DNA of 62,925 nt, counting the filler, from Reticulomyxa filosa (taxonomy: Eukaryota; Protista; Foraminifera), in the NCBI GenBank assembly GCA_000512085.1. It is 18 parts of 18 records of this genome, joined end to end, with 100 filler letters (N's around TTAATTAATTAA, not from the genome) between each part and the next. Parts side by side here need not be neighbours in the genome. Positions count along the whole stretch, not along the records: positions 47,871 to 53,607 come from ASPP01025110.1; positions 53,708 to 55,729 come from ASPP01016046.1; positions 55,830 to 56,895 come from ASPP01021008.1; positions 56,996 to 58,840 come from ASPP01021635.1; positions 58,941 to 62,925 come from ASPP01012797.1; 13 more parts are not named here. One strand, given 5' to 3'. The notes under the pieces are model-generated. The model saw nothing but the letters and a program-made list of their open reading frames with translations, ran no database searches and was not told where the DNA came from. Positions 50,309 to 62,918 of this stretch are shown here, one piece after another (position 1 is the first letter of the stretch; each line of letters opens with the position of its first letter). Position numbers and translations under genes: made by a program.

Positions 50309-51663
50309 ATGTCCACTGCAACATGGATTGCCAAGTTTTTCATGTGGGTCGAACAACAAGAGAAAACCATAAGCGAGTTGCAACATCATATAATTGCCTT
50401 GAAGTCAACCCAGCACCGACAACAAAACGAAATTGAAAATCTATATGCACTTGTAAAGTTTAGCAGACCTGCGTGATCCTTGTCACATTGATCCCCATTT
50501 CAAAAAAAAAAAAAAATTTCGTATAAAGTAAGTGTCGATGCAACGATCAATCAAGTTCAAGTATGGCAAATGGACAGCGCTCTCCAATAAAGAGTGTGAG
50601 CAAGAACATCAATGAAGGTACGGCAAGCCCGTCGCGAGTCAAACCAACAAAGAGCAAAGAAGAAAACGAAAAGACAAACTCGCAAACATCGACAAACGGA
50701 TGGGATGAGAATAATGCCACGCAATGTCATTCTCCAAAAAAGTCAGTTGGCTCCAGATCTTTGATTCACTCAAAACCTCCGACTTCAGAGCCCGTCGAGC
50801 AAATAGAGAATCAAATAACAATCGAGCCCTCAGACAGCAATGGCACTTGTCTTTCAGACAGCAATCCACTCTTGTTTGCAGCAAAAAGACGCAAATATGA
50901 GACCAAAGGTTGTTTGTATGTGATTTAAAAAAAGACCGCAAACATTAACAATACAAAAAAAAAAGAATGGAATGGAGCAAATGAAGAGCCACACATATCG
51001 ACGCAACCGCGCATACATCGAAATGAGTGTGATGATGACCCGTTGCCAAACATAGCAAAGACATTAAATGCATCAAATGCAGCAAATGCAAATGGGAATG
51101 AAAAAGACATTAGAAAATCGGTGAAAGTGATGAAAGAATTGACCGCAATTCAAAGATGTTACGTCGCTCTAATGAAAAGCGACGACGAAAGTGAGACAAA
51201 GCCGGACAAGTTGCAACGACAATTGGATGAGTTCGTGGCCATGTCCGAGACGATCCTACGTCGCATCGAGCAAAATAAGAACGACATTTGTATCAGTAAA
51301 GATGTCAACACCGTGTTAGCCTATTGTCACGCCTTGGTTGGCAATGCCTTGTATCATCGCAAAATCAAACACGAGTTGCTGGCCATCACACAGTCCAATG
51401 ACCACGATCGACAACAAGACCATCTATTTCACAACCTCGCACATGCTCCACATATCGTCAATGCCTTTGCGCATGCCAGACAGGCTATTCAATTGCATCA
51501 GGCCGGCTATCGAGGCTGGGTCCTCTTGGCCGAACTCACCTGTCAATGTCAGCGCAACTTGAACGCAAGTTTGGAAATTTTGGATAAAGCCGCGCTTTGT
51601 GTCAAAGAAAAAAATAAAATTTTGTCACATAGGGACAAGTTGCTCCTTGTTAACTTCAAGTAA
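50309..51663 (+). CDS. Coiled-coil plus TPR-like protein
   Basis: Exon 1 MSTATWIAKFF... is heptad-rich. The last exon has TPR-like AYCHALVGNALY..AFAHARQAIQL...GWVLLAEL..ASLEILDKA. Confidence 0.55.
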
Positions 51664-51880
51664 TACTTTTTTTTTTTCTTATTTAATTCTTTTTTTTCTT
51701 TCTTCGTGTCCAAATGTTCAAAATTCGTTCGCAAAATACTGTCTTTTTTAATACACACTTTCCATTGCAAAACTCAAATCAATATCGAGTTGGATTTCTT
51801 TTTAATGCGCTAGACTCTGAGAGTGGGGCTGCTTTTGTAAGAAAGAGAGAGAAAAAAAAAAACATTGCGAAAAAAAGATA

Positions 51881-53070
51881 ATGAGCGAAACTAAGATACA
51901 TGAGCAATATGAAAATTTAAAACTAAAGTCGCAAAAGATAGAACTAGCGCTTAATGAAAGCTTGAAAGAAGTAAAGGAGCTATTGATTGAATGGAGAGAA
52001 CAACTACCAGAGGGATTTTGGATAGGGATCACCACTGTACTTGCCAATATTCAAGACAAATTCAAATACATTATCACGCCCGAACCAAACGGTTTGCAAG
52101 CTTAGTTTTGGTTTGTTTTTGTTTCGCGTATTGCTATAATTTCATTTCGTGTTGTGTGTTGTCAAATCTTGGAAAATACGACATTGACAATGGACACAAA
52201 ATAAAATAAAAAAAAAAAGAAAAGTAATGAACATGAACAAAAAGTCAATGAAGACAAGAAACACAAAAGTGGGGACGACGACGATTTGGAAGAGGAGATG
52301 GTATTGTTTGAATTTTTTTTATCTTTGTCCAAGGAACAAATAAACAGAGTGAGTTATACAAATGCGCAATAGCACAAGTTTGGCGGAAGCGAACCCCGAC
52401 ATAGCAAAACTCCAGACTATTTCGGAGGAGTCGACAACGAAGTAGCGGCAAATGTCCCGCGACATAGCAATTTGGTTCGGTCGAGAATGACCTGGACAGA
52501 AGAAGATTTGAATAAGATACATCAGGAACTGTTGCAAGATCTCAATGACACTCAACGAACTGCTTTAAATACCATATTTGAGCGTCACAATAACAACTAT
52601 GATAAGAATGATAAGAATACAAAAGAAATGACAGAGGATTTAATAAATGAAACCACACAAGTTGCAATCGAAAATAAAATAACCAATTTGATAAAACAAT
52701 TGAACGAAGAAAAACTTGATACAAACAAATTGCAAACCACGGTAAACGAATTGATTCATCAGTTTCAAACAAAATCGACTAACGAAATGCATCTTCGCAT
52801 TTCTTTACAAAATCAAATACAAACACTCACTCACTCCAAACTTCGTTTAATTAATACCACCGCTTCACAATTATTGCACTTTAGGTCGTCTGGTGCTCTA
52901 CTTTTTATCTGTTGCTTTACAATATGTGTATATATATAATATATATATAAATACATATATATACATACGTTAACAGACGCGTTATTGATTGCTTACTGCA
53001 AATTGAACCCTGCAAAACAATTACCAATATATTGCTACGCGAATTTTCAGCGCATTCTCTCGTGTAAGGC
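51881..53070 (+). CDS. Coiled-coil hypothetical protein (multi-exon)
   Basis: Open exons at 51881-52100, 52220-52300 and 52350-52885, rich in heptads. Confidence 0.5.
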
Positions 53071-53431
53071 GTGTTCAATTCTTTTTTTGACAAAATATTC
53101 GATAGCTATCATCTTTTGTACCTTTTTTGTATTTGTGAAGTAATTTCAGTCCTTTTGATTTCATTGCTGTAAGTAAAACATACTTGAAACAATCGATTTC
53201 TTCTCTCCTCACAAAAAGCTTTAATATCATTTTAATATCAAAAGTCTTAAGTTACCAGTTGCATGTGGAAAAAATCAAAACGCAATAGATAAATGAGCGC
53301 GAATCAAACAATGAAACTTAAAATTTTGGACAAGAAAAAAAGTGAAAAATAGAAACAATCGTTCGAACAACGCTTTGAACTAAAAATAAGTTTTCAGATT
53401 TCTGTCCCCTTCTGGTTATGATATTTTAATA

Positions 53432-53596
53432 ATGCAAACAGGACAAGTCGTAGCGGTAGCAAATCCAGATACAAAACAAAACAATCAGTCAAAAGGTGGA
53501 CTTCTACGTTTTATTGGAGGTACAGTAGCATTTGCTCTGTTGCTGGTTCTCGCTTACTACCTGTACAAAAAGAGAAAATTATCGCTTCCAGTTTGA
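53432..53596 (+). CDS. Small single-TM (tail-anchored-like) protein or terminal exon, 54 aa
   Basis: MQTGQVVAVANPDTKQNNQSKGGLLRFIGGTVAFALLLVLAYYLYKKRKLSLPV*; shorter than anything in the ORF track. Confidence 0.5.
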   Translation: MQTGQVVAVANPDTKQNNQSKGGLLRFIGGTVAFALLLVLAYYLYKKRKLSLPV

Positions 53597-53707
53597 AAAT
53601 TTCTATTNNNNNNNNNNNNNNNNNNNNNNNNNNNNNNNNNNNNNNNNNNNNTTAATTAATTAANNNNNNNNNNNNNNNNNNNNNNNNNNNNNNNNNNNNN
53701 NNNNNNN

Positions 53708-53744
<37 letters not shown>

Positions 53745-53814
53745 AGGGGGGGGATGCACTTAGGAATAAAACATGTATATACAAGTATGTGACTGTATAC
53801 GTAATGTATACGTA

Positions 53815-54622
53815 TGAAGGACTAATATCTCGACAGTTTCACGCGACCTCGACAACAGTACGTCCTGGCCTTGATTTATTGATATGTCGTGAAACGGGCG
53901 TTGAAAATGGAAAAGAAAAGAAAAATTCAAAAAAAGAAGAAGAAGACGAAGACGAAGACGAAGACGAAAAGACAGTGATACCACAGCAGCCATCGGATGA
54001 CAGAGTAAATGGAAAAGGCGATAACAAGACATTGGAAGGATCCAAATTTACACTCAACTTTGCCTCGCTTCGAGGTAGGAACAATAGCAAGTCCAAGTCT
54101 GCGACAGACTTTTCTCCTCAAGTAGTGATGGCCTCTATTCTCGCTCCTCCACGTAATGTCGTAACGCCACCTGCCAAAGACGAAGACGACAGCGAAGACG
54201 AAGACGAAGACGAAAAGGACGTAGACAGAGAACAAAGTCCTGCCAGTCTGACACAAACGCAGGCCGAGGTACAGACAAATGCGCAGACAACCTCGCACAC
54301 ACCGACTGCCAATACAAATGGTCCGACCAATGCCACTATCGATAGTACCACCACCACTCAACACAATCGTTCCAAAACGCATACCAAACATTCCAGTGAA
54401 AGTCGCAGCAAAACAAATACCAGTGAGAAACGCGCGCATGATCATCTTCACAAGGACGAACGCAGCATTATGGTCATTCTTGCTCCGGAAACAGAACCTC
54501 CTCACTCTCATCTTCCAAAAGCTCCGTCTCCACAACCACCTTCGTCATTTGCCAATACCTTGGAAGTCGTCGACGAAGAGGATGATATTACTATCGTTGA
54601 AAGTAAGTCTTTTCCACTTTAA
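53815..54622 (+). CDS. Acidic/Thr-rich low-complexity C-terminal exon of an unknown protein
   Basis: Open frame of about 270 codons with (ED)n repeats; 5' partial. Confidence 0.55.
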
Positions 54623-55404
54623 ATTTTTTTTTACATTACAATTCATACACTACATTTGGCAATTGTTTAAAATTAATAAACTTACATCAGCCTCGTTTGT
54701 AAGACACGTTTTTATTTTTGTTTTTGTTTTTTTCAATTTAGTGCTAAATTTGTTTTGGTCATGGGTGATTATTTTTATTTTTTTTAATCGTTTGTTTGTT
54801 CGTTTATTTATTTTTCTCCCTCTTTGCTTGTCCCCTTTTTTTTTCCTTTTGGTAAAAATATGTTAGGTGTGAGGGTTATTTTTTCTAAATTGCTGGTGCA
54901 AAAAATGCAAACAAACGAATACATAGTTCGGCGTGCTAGCAGTTTTTTCTTGTCTGTTTCTTTGAGTTTTGACGGGGATGCTTTTATTAGTCGTTATTGG
55001 GTTACAATTTTGTGATGGTCAAATATTTTTTCATTTTCAAATGACTTTTTTTCTAAAATCGTAATGATTTTTTTCAATAAAACGTACAAAACGAGGATCC
55101 AAAATGCTCTTTGAACACTGAACTCAAAAAGTTTTTACCAGACTGAACGTATTTCAAAAGAAAAAAGCTATGATGCAGCAAACTCTGTCATCTAGAATTT
55201 AATAAATTGAATGGAAATAAACATGTTGACTTGATCACTTTTTATTAGAGGATTTCCCTCGCATTTTACTGGACACTGCCAAGCAAGTGTCAAAAACAGG
55301 CAACAGCCAAGCAAACTGGGATGGTTGTTGCTATACAGTAAGAACAAGAAAGAAGAGAGAAAAAAAAAAGGCTGACAAATTTCCAGTAAAGGTACGAGCG
55401 ACGA

Positions 55405-55710
55405 TTAAATGTTGTGACATAAGCTCACATAATCAGGAGTGTGTCGAAAGCGATTATACGACTGGCGCATGAAGACACACATTTCAACGATACAACGATC
55501 GAAGACGTGAAATAATTTCTCCAAGTTTTTGATCGGAGTGACCGAAGTAGACATCTGGTTTTTGAAGACATCATCACTGCTGAGCATTTTGGAAATCAAG
55601 CTTTTTCGGGAAGGTTGAACATGGCTATAGTCGTTTGTCACCCAGGAATATTCATCCGCCATTAAGTTAGTGAGTCTTGTTCGGTCGTTGTCCGACAAAT
55701 TTATTTGATA
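55405..55710 (-). CDS. RGS-domain C-terminal fragment
   Basis: IKLSDNDRTRL (cf. VNIsxxxRxxI) and VFDRCIVEMCVFMRQSYNRFRHTPDY (cf. FDxAqxevxxLMxxdSYxRFxxSxxY). Confidence 0.65.
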   Translation of the reverse strand, partial: YQINLSDNDRTRLTNLMADEYSWVTNDYSHVQPSRKSLISKMLSSDDVFKNQMSTSVTPIKNLEKLFHVFDRCIVEMCVFMRQSYNRFRHTPDYVSLCHNI

Positions 55711-55916
55711 CCTTTTTTTTTTTTTTTTTNNNNNNNNNNNNNNNNNNNNNNNNNNNNNNNNNNNNNNNNNNNNTTAATTAATTAANNNNNNNNNNNNNNN
55801 NNNNNNNNNNNNNNNNNNNNNNNNNNNNNGGCCTAACGCCACGCTCTAGCGGTTTTCTGATGTTTTGTCATCGCCTGCACCAGGCAGCGGTGTCCGCTGT
55901 GCGGACGATATTCAAG

Positions 55917-56145
55917 ATGCCGGTTCCGCCCGGCAGACGGGCAAAGGGGGCGAGTCGTCGCCCCCTTTGCAATCCCCGCCGACCCGGGGCTGCTCGAAAC
56001 CCCGTGCAAAAAGGCACGCCCCAGGCGCCGCCGAACTTGCCCCTCGCTAACGGCTCAGGGCTCAAACAAATCGGCGTCTTAAAACCTGGGGCACCTTTTG
56101 CCGGCTCGCGCCAACGGGATGGGGCGCTTCACTCACGCTCTCCTA
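55917..56145. repeat. Structured GC-rich intergenic palindromic element (REP/MITE-like)
   Basis: Perfect 13-bp stem GCAAAGGGGGCGA-GTCG-TCGCCCCCTTTGC (about 55941-55970), plus TGCCGG...CCGGCA and other stems. Confidence 0.5.
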
Positions 56146-56228
56146 CTTGAAGGCCAAGCATATTCGCTTAACTGACTGGCATTGGGCACCAGGCCGGGGT
56201 TTATCGGGATGCGGACAACAACAAAAAC

Positions 56229-56647
56229 TTACGCGTCGTCGCGAATCTCGAAGTCGTGGGTAATGTCCGCGGTCTTGCCCAGCATGATGGACGCCGAGCA
56301 GTACTTGTCGGCCGACAGGCTGATGGCGCGCGCCACGGTGTCTTCTTTCAGATTGCGGCCAACCACCACAAAGTGGAAGTGGATCTTGGTGAATACCTTC
56401 GGGTCGGTATCGGCACGCTCGGCTTCCATCTCCACCCAGCAATCGCGCACGTCTTGGCGCGATTTTTCAGGATGGTAATCACGTCGTAGCTGGTGCAGCC
56501 AGCAGTGCCCAACAGCAGCAACTCCATCGGGCGCGGGCCCAGATTGCGCCCGCCACCTTCCGGCGCGCCGTCCATCACCACAGCGTGGCCGCTGCCGGTT
56601 TCGCCCATGAAACACACGCCGTCCACCCACTTCAGTCTTGCTTTCAT
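56229..56647 (-). CDS. OsmC/YhfA family protein (1-nt homopolymer frameshift near 56465)
   Basis: [20 protein letters not shown]...[20 protein letters not shown] then, in a shifted frame, SRQDVRDC...PKVFTKIH...[13 protein letters not shown]. Confidence 0.93.
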
Positions 56648-56751
56648 GCCTATCTCCGAGGAATACAGACCCCAAGCCTAACATCGCCGATTTGGGCGGA
56701 CAAAGAATCACCGGTAAAATGGAAAGATTGTTTAGTTTTGAAACGGCCCCC

Positions 56752-56895
56752 ATGCTTGTTCTTGGTATCGAATCGTCCTGTGACGAAACCGGTGTTGCCC
56801 TGTACCACACCGAACGCGGCCTGATTGCCGACCAGCTGCACTCCCAGATGGCCATGCACGCCGAATACGGCGGCGTGGTGCCCGAACTGGCCAGC
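56752..56895 (+). CDS. tsaD: tRNA N6-threonylcarbamoyladenosine biosynthesis protein TsaD (3' partial)
   Basis: [18 protein letters not shown]...[10 protein letters not shown]. Confidence 0.96.
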
Positions 56896-58940
56896 NNNNN
56901 NNNNNNNNNNNNNNNNNNNNNNNNNNNNNNNNNNNNNNNTTAATTAATTAANNNNNNNNNNNNNNNNNNNNNNNNNNNNNNNNNNNNNNNNNNNNTCACT
57001 TTTTGTTGCACACATTGGATTTGAAGTTTTTTCAAAAGTCACTGGTTTGAAACAAATGATAACAAATTTGATCATTTTGAAATACAAATTAACTGAATAA
57101 TTGGATTGATTTTATTCTATACTTTATTTATAAAACCATAAATAACTGACATTTCGAAAAATCAAGATTCAGATTATGCAAAAAGTGTAATTGACTTTTT
57201 GTGTTTTTTAATCTTCTGGTGATGTTTTATCAATTTCTGGAGCCAGTGCTTGTCGTCGGACATCAGCAGCTAGCCATCGACTCAATGTTTGAGAAACAAA
57301 AAAAGTGGATATGTTTAAAATTGACAAGATTTAAAATATTTATTATCAACAGTATTAACAAATAGCCAATGTCCACTAATTGCTGCAAAGCATGTGTAGT
57401 TCATTTGCATTTTCGGAAGTGAAGCGGTTGCTCATAAGTTGGAGTATGAATAAAAGTCGATCCTTGACTGGTCTCAGTCAATTTGATATTTTGAATTTTG
57501 GCCAAAATTTCTTTTTGGACACTGTCAATGCCTTAAGTGGCTTCCAAATCTTGTGAAAAAAAATTGAGTATCTATTGTGTCTGCTGTGACATTATTTCCG
57601 TCACAGCGCCATATTTGTTTGTTTCTTTTTCGACTGGATCCGGTCTGCTGCTAATGTGAGTGACTCTATTGCTTAATGTTATCCTCACTTCATCGACTCT
57701 ATTTTCAGTCTAGTCCCTGTTCAATCCCTCCCCAAAACCATTATTGCACAAAAAACAAAAAGCAAGTTCGCAACCAATCAAATTTTTTCTCAAAAAAAAA
57801 CCACAAAAAAGAACATAGTAGTAAAAGTATCGGAATGAACATCCAATTGAATATAGATGCGTTGATATTCAGATTGGTTGTTTCGATGTTTCATTTCCAA
57901 CTTGTTTCTCTCGCTGGCATAAATCACTTCACACATGTGCAGCAACCATTGATTTAAATCCTCCAACTTTCGTATTACAATACATTCACATATTTCCCAT
58001 CTTTACTATTGGTCAATCGACATATTTATCATATGTTTATATTTATATTAATTCAAAGATAGATCATATTGACATACCAGAGGTTTCAACGTAATCGCGT
58101 TTGGAATATTTTTTGCTTGATCTTATCTTGTCTTTGTTGTTGTAAATTAAACTACTTATGTTTGTGTGTCGTATTGAGTTTGAGTTTGACATATTCCTGA
58201 ATTGTCTCGCACCATATACGACCCCAGTAGTGACTTGAGTCATGTCATCTGGACTTTTGAAATCTCCTACTACATTGTTTTTTTAAAATAGATTTGGCTG
58301 ATTACATGATAAAGATATGATCACGATCACGTTCAATTATGAAGATGCCCTTTTTTTTTTTAAGAAAAAAAATGCAATCAGCTTCTATAAAACAAGATTC
58401 TTGACTTTTAATATCTTCAATTGTCTTAGCGACTTTTTTTTCCTACACTTTACTAAAGATTAAATGCATTTTTAAATTTTTTGTAGTATACTCGCTAACA
58501 AACTTTAATATGTACGCAAAATTGAATTTTGTATCGCGCTCACGAGATAGAACAATTTGAATATGTGATATATTTGAAATTATCTGAATGATTGAATTTT
58601 GTTAATTATGTACACTTAAAAAAATCAAGTGAAATCCCATATTACAGTGATATGGTGATAAAAAAATGATCATCCAAAAGAATTAACAATACTTGTTGCA
58701 GCAACAAAAAGATGTTATGATTGCATATTGATTTCAAGTAAGCAATTGTCAAAAAAGCAAGATGATTGAAATGCAAGAAATTTATATTGGACAGATATTA
58801 AATTTCTTTTTGAAATTATGTCCCCATAAGGGGACAAAAGNNNNNNNNNNNNNNNNNNNNNNNNNNNNNNNNNNNNNNNNNNNNTTAATTAATTAANNNN
58901 NNNNNNNNNNNNNNNNNNNNNNNNNNNNNNNNNNNNNNNN

Positions 58941-59880
58941 GAACAAACAATTACGGGGTTATAAAAGGACCTAAATGTTGATAATCTTTTTTTGAAAATC
59001 CAATGATTTTTGAATGTTGCGATAAATACTGCAAATAATAATGGTATGATATAGATTTTGTTCTAATATTTTTGACTTCGAATAGAAGCCATTTATGTTA
59101 TTTTGAAAAATTTTAATTTGATTTAACATTTGTGAGATCTTCATCAGTTGTTTCATTTGAACTAAAAAATGATAAATCATTGAAGAATTATTGGCTCCAT
59201 TGTTCAATCAATGGCATCACTTTATCAATTAATGAACTCAATTTGTCAATTGTTGTTCTTTGACTTGCCACTTCATTACGAAGATACGAAATGTAATCAC
59301 TTCTATTTAGATTATGTGAATATTTCTTTACTTTCTCTTTCTTTGGATATTTCTGGTCTGAATTTGTCCTTCAATCTTACTAATAGACTCATTTTCTTGT
59401 TAGACTCGTTTATGATCTGGTTTTAGATTTAGCGCCAATTTATCTTTAGTGTTGATTTCAGCTTGCACGTGTGCCTATTTCTTTGATTTTGTCATTATTG
59501 TTATGGTTGCAGTATTTTCTTTGATGTTTCTTTAGATTCTTCTTGAATTTACATTTTTCCGAACTGTGATTTATTCTGCCACAATACTCGCATACTGGTT
59601 TTCTATTTCATTCGTTTGCAATATGGTTTGAACTATAGTATTTCCGACATTATTTGAACTATTTTCTTGGACATCAACGATATGATCAAACAATTCGCAT
59701 TTCATTGTCAATATTCAATATATTGTCGTCATTTAAAATGCGTTTGACTTCTTCTGATGCCAGTAATATCTTTACAATTTGTAGACCATTGAATCAGTAC
59801 ATTTCTTGAACATTATACTGTATTCTGCAAGTGTTTCAAGAATTTCTTTTTCCGATTCACATAAATTGATATTTTGATCT
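58941..59880 (-). mobile_element. Decayed non-LTR retrotransposon (LINE) remnant: gag-like ORF1 zinc knuckle plus APE endonuclease start
   Basis: CEYCGRINHSSEKC (CX2CX4HX4C) at 59551-59592, followed on the same strand by IKIFQNNINGFYSK...IIICSIYR (EEP/APE motifs with an internal deletion); many stops. Confidence 0.65.
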
Positions 59881-61737
59881 GTCATGCAAAAAATGTTATC
59901 ACAAATATATAAATCAATTTTTTTTTAAAGATCAAACGAATTTGTAAATAGTGAAATATTTTGTAAAATTTCAAAAAAAAGAAAAAAAGAAGTTCGATTG
60001 ATTTAAAATTAAAATATTGTACTTGTTTAATCTTTTTATGTAAACTCCATTATAATGGTATAAAAAATACACAATGTGCAATTGTTGACTAAGTCAAGTG
60101 CATTCTTTTTTTTCAATAAGTATACTTAATACTGAAATTATATACTTTTCTATAACATGTATCACACTTTTTATAATACATTTTTAAATAATATGAAAAG
60201 CACTGATAAGATTTAGACTACATTTCTCAATTACTAATTTCGTAAAAAAATTTTCAAAGTTTCATATACTAATTCCTGTCAAAAAAATTTCAATTTGGGC
60301 AAATGGTCGTGTATTAGACTTGATTACGCTTCCATTAAGGAGAAAACGAAAAAAAAGACTATAGAAAACTTAGCAAAAAAATTAGATTGTAAGATCTTCT
60401 CTGTATCTAAAGCGATTTGTCTGTTACTACGATCCTGCAACAGCAAATTATGACAATAATATCTATCAAAACGTATGAAACTACCTCTGAGTAACCTACG
60501 ATCTCTTTGGCAGCAACGTCAAAACACTGTATTTTAGTTTAAGAGTGAGAGCGTAAGTGCTACTAGAAATTATTTAAAAATTTTACAGTCTTGTTTGTTA
60601 TGACAAAAAAGTATCTTGAAAAATTTTCTTTACAGAAACGTTTTTTCATTGGAAATCTTCTACATTTTTGTAGAGAAACAATTTTAAGAAGTGATTTCAG
60701 ATTTTCATTATTCTAGCATTAAAAAATTTTTTTGAAAAAGAAAAAGTTCGAATCATGAAAATGAAAATAGCATATATTTAATCATTTTCTGTAAGTTTGT
60801 TCATATTAATAAATATATGTCATTGATTTATGTAACAATTAGCTATATTTATAATTATGTATACTGTTTCCATTATGTATCAAACTTCTTAGAATTTTTT
60901 TTTAAAAGAATAAAATATATTGTATTTGCAGTTGAAAAACTTTCAGTTTTGTAACAAATTTATGTTAAAATTGATTTTTTCACATTTGTCATTGAAAAAG
61001 TAATCACCAAAAGTTAGTAAATTTTTTCTGTTGTTGACAAAAGAAAATGTTCATTTCTTTAATATAATTAGAATATTAGCAATGATCACACATGTAGAGT
61101 CTTCAAAGTACTATAATCATGTTGGAATTGCTGCAATTAATCTCTTGTTCGAATTTACTTTTGCTTCTTTTCAAAGTTTAACTAACACAGCAATTATTGT
61201 CTTGTTTAAATCAACAATTACATTCATATCTTTCAAAATGCACCACACCAACAGCACTTACATCGTACTAAGATGGGTCTGTTCCAAGAAAATATTTTTT
61301 AAATTTTGTTTGGAGGCATAATCTTTTGATCGCTTCAAAGATCGAATGATCCATTTTCTTCAAATAACAATGTATCAACAGTTTAAAATAAAGGATTTTA
61401 AGGATGTATTGTAAGATATTATGGCAGAACTATCATTAATTGCTGAAAGAAATGTACTGTAAACTTCCCAAAAAATCCCGAATAATAAAAACAAGAAAAA
61501 AAATGTCTGTAAACAAATGTCAAAGTTGGTAGAAGGAAAAAAAATTATACAATGTTGCTACCACAACTGTTACATAATTAAAACACATAAGCAACGTTAA
61601 TAGGCTGAATGGAATTCAACAATTCAAATATCCATGCAGTCCTTTGAAATAGGCTGGTAAAAGAGAAAAATAGATAGATAAAAGAATAAATCCAAGATAA
61701 AAGACATTGGAAGGACAGAGGGAGGAAAAAGATGTTA

Positions 61738-62830
61738 TCAAGTTTCATCACCATCAGACAATTGAACATAGTCATTGCCAACATAAGCGTTATGTTTTGA
61801 CTTTTTTTTGACAGGTCGATTCTGATCCTTATTTCCCGTATCGGGAGCAAAGTTAATGATGGGTTTGTTACCAGTTGGATTTTGGCCAAAGTAATTGTTG
61901 TATTGAGCTCCGAGTCCCTTGGAATCTTCTGACAAGCTGTCCAATAGTGACGATTGGTCAGTGCTGGGATTGCGTGTGTCTCTACTGCTATCCGTAGTAG
62001 TTGCCACTTCTGATTGTGCTATTGTATGTTGGAATATAAAACAAAAAAAGAGAGAAATGTACTATCATACAATACATGTACAAATAAATAAGTCCATTGC
62101 AGACAGCACTCCTCATCAAAAAAAAAAAAAAAAAAAGGGAAAAAGTTGTTGAAAGGGGAAGAAAGAAAGAAAGAAGGAAAAAAGGGGCAAGAGGAGAGGA
62201 GGAAAAAAAAATGGACCAACCAGGAGCATGCAAAAATACTTGGGAGCGGTATGTAAATTTTTTTCTCCAGAAAAATGCAGTTCCAAATGTGGTTTAAGAA
62301 GCGTTTCATCGACAAATGAGACAGGCTCACTGTCATGCATCAAAGCAGCATTTTGATCGTCTTGCTTGGGATTGGATATCTTAGCGTGTTTTTGAACAGA
62401 ATTATTGGGCAATAATTGGGTCTTCAGATCCGTCAAAGCAGTTTGACGTTTGGTCAGATCTTGATTGATTTGCGATGTGGCTCTTTGCTGCTCTTCGAAC
62501 GTGTTGTAATTGTGGATGCACAAAATCCAACAGCAGCGAGTGCAAAGGAAACACCACCGACAGTTGTCGATGAACCATTGTGCCTTACGTACAATGAACC
62601 ACACACACCAGATATTTGCCACCGTCGTCACCACCATAAACGAGGGGGCAAAGTGTCTCCAAATATCCGACATTATCATGCAAGTCATGCTAATTATTGC
62701 ATTTATTGATATCATCAATGTGTGGTGTTGTAAAGATTGACACAGTCGATGCATTTTCCCGCCCCCTCCGCTCGATTGGCTAGGTGATGACGTTATACTT
62801 TTTTCCAATGTTACTATATTATTGCTTGAT
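61738..62830 (-). CDS. C-terminal part of a multi-pass (GPCR-like) membrane protein
   Basis: Two TM helices (TLMISINAIISMTCMIM; FMVVTTVANIWCVWFI), a Cys-rich juxtamembrane segment (CRWCFLCTRCCWILC) and a long hydrophilic tail; intron at about 62025-62290. Confidence 0.55.
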
Positions 62831-62883
62831 ACCTTTTTATTTTATTTTATTTTTTTTCCAATTTTTCTTTTTTGCCCCTGGCT

Positions 62884-62918
<35 letters not shown>

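Larger units (their letters stand above)
55830..56895. other. Bacterial contig (Betaproteobacteria, Neisseriales/Chromobacteriaceae-like)
   Basis: Abruptly GC-rich, intronless, with an SD-like GGAG upstream of the OsmC gene. The TsaD N-terminus ..ERGL....[19 protein letters not shown] is Neisseriales-like. Confidence 0.9.

Noticed and set aside
56229-56647. Programmed frameshift or pseudogene in the OsmC gene (and the frameshifts near 2163, 11890 and 33090)
   Set aside because: They are single-base indels in homopolymer or low-complexity runs and occur in both bacterial and host contigs, consistent with pyrosequencing-type error.
7653-58940. Regularly recurring TTAATTAATTAA motif flanked by N runs as a biological repeat or CRISPR-like array
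   Set aside because: It is an identical 100-bp artificial spacer used to concatenate contigs.
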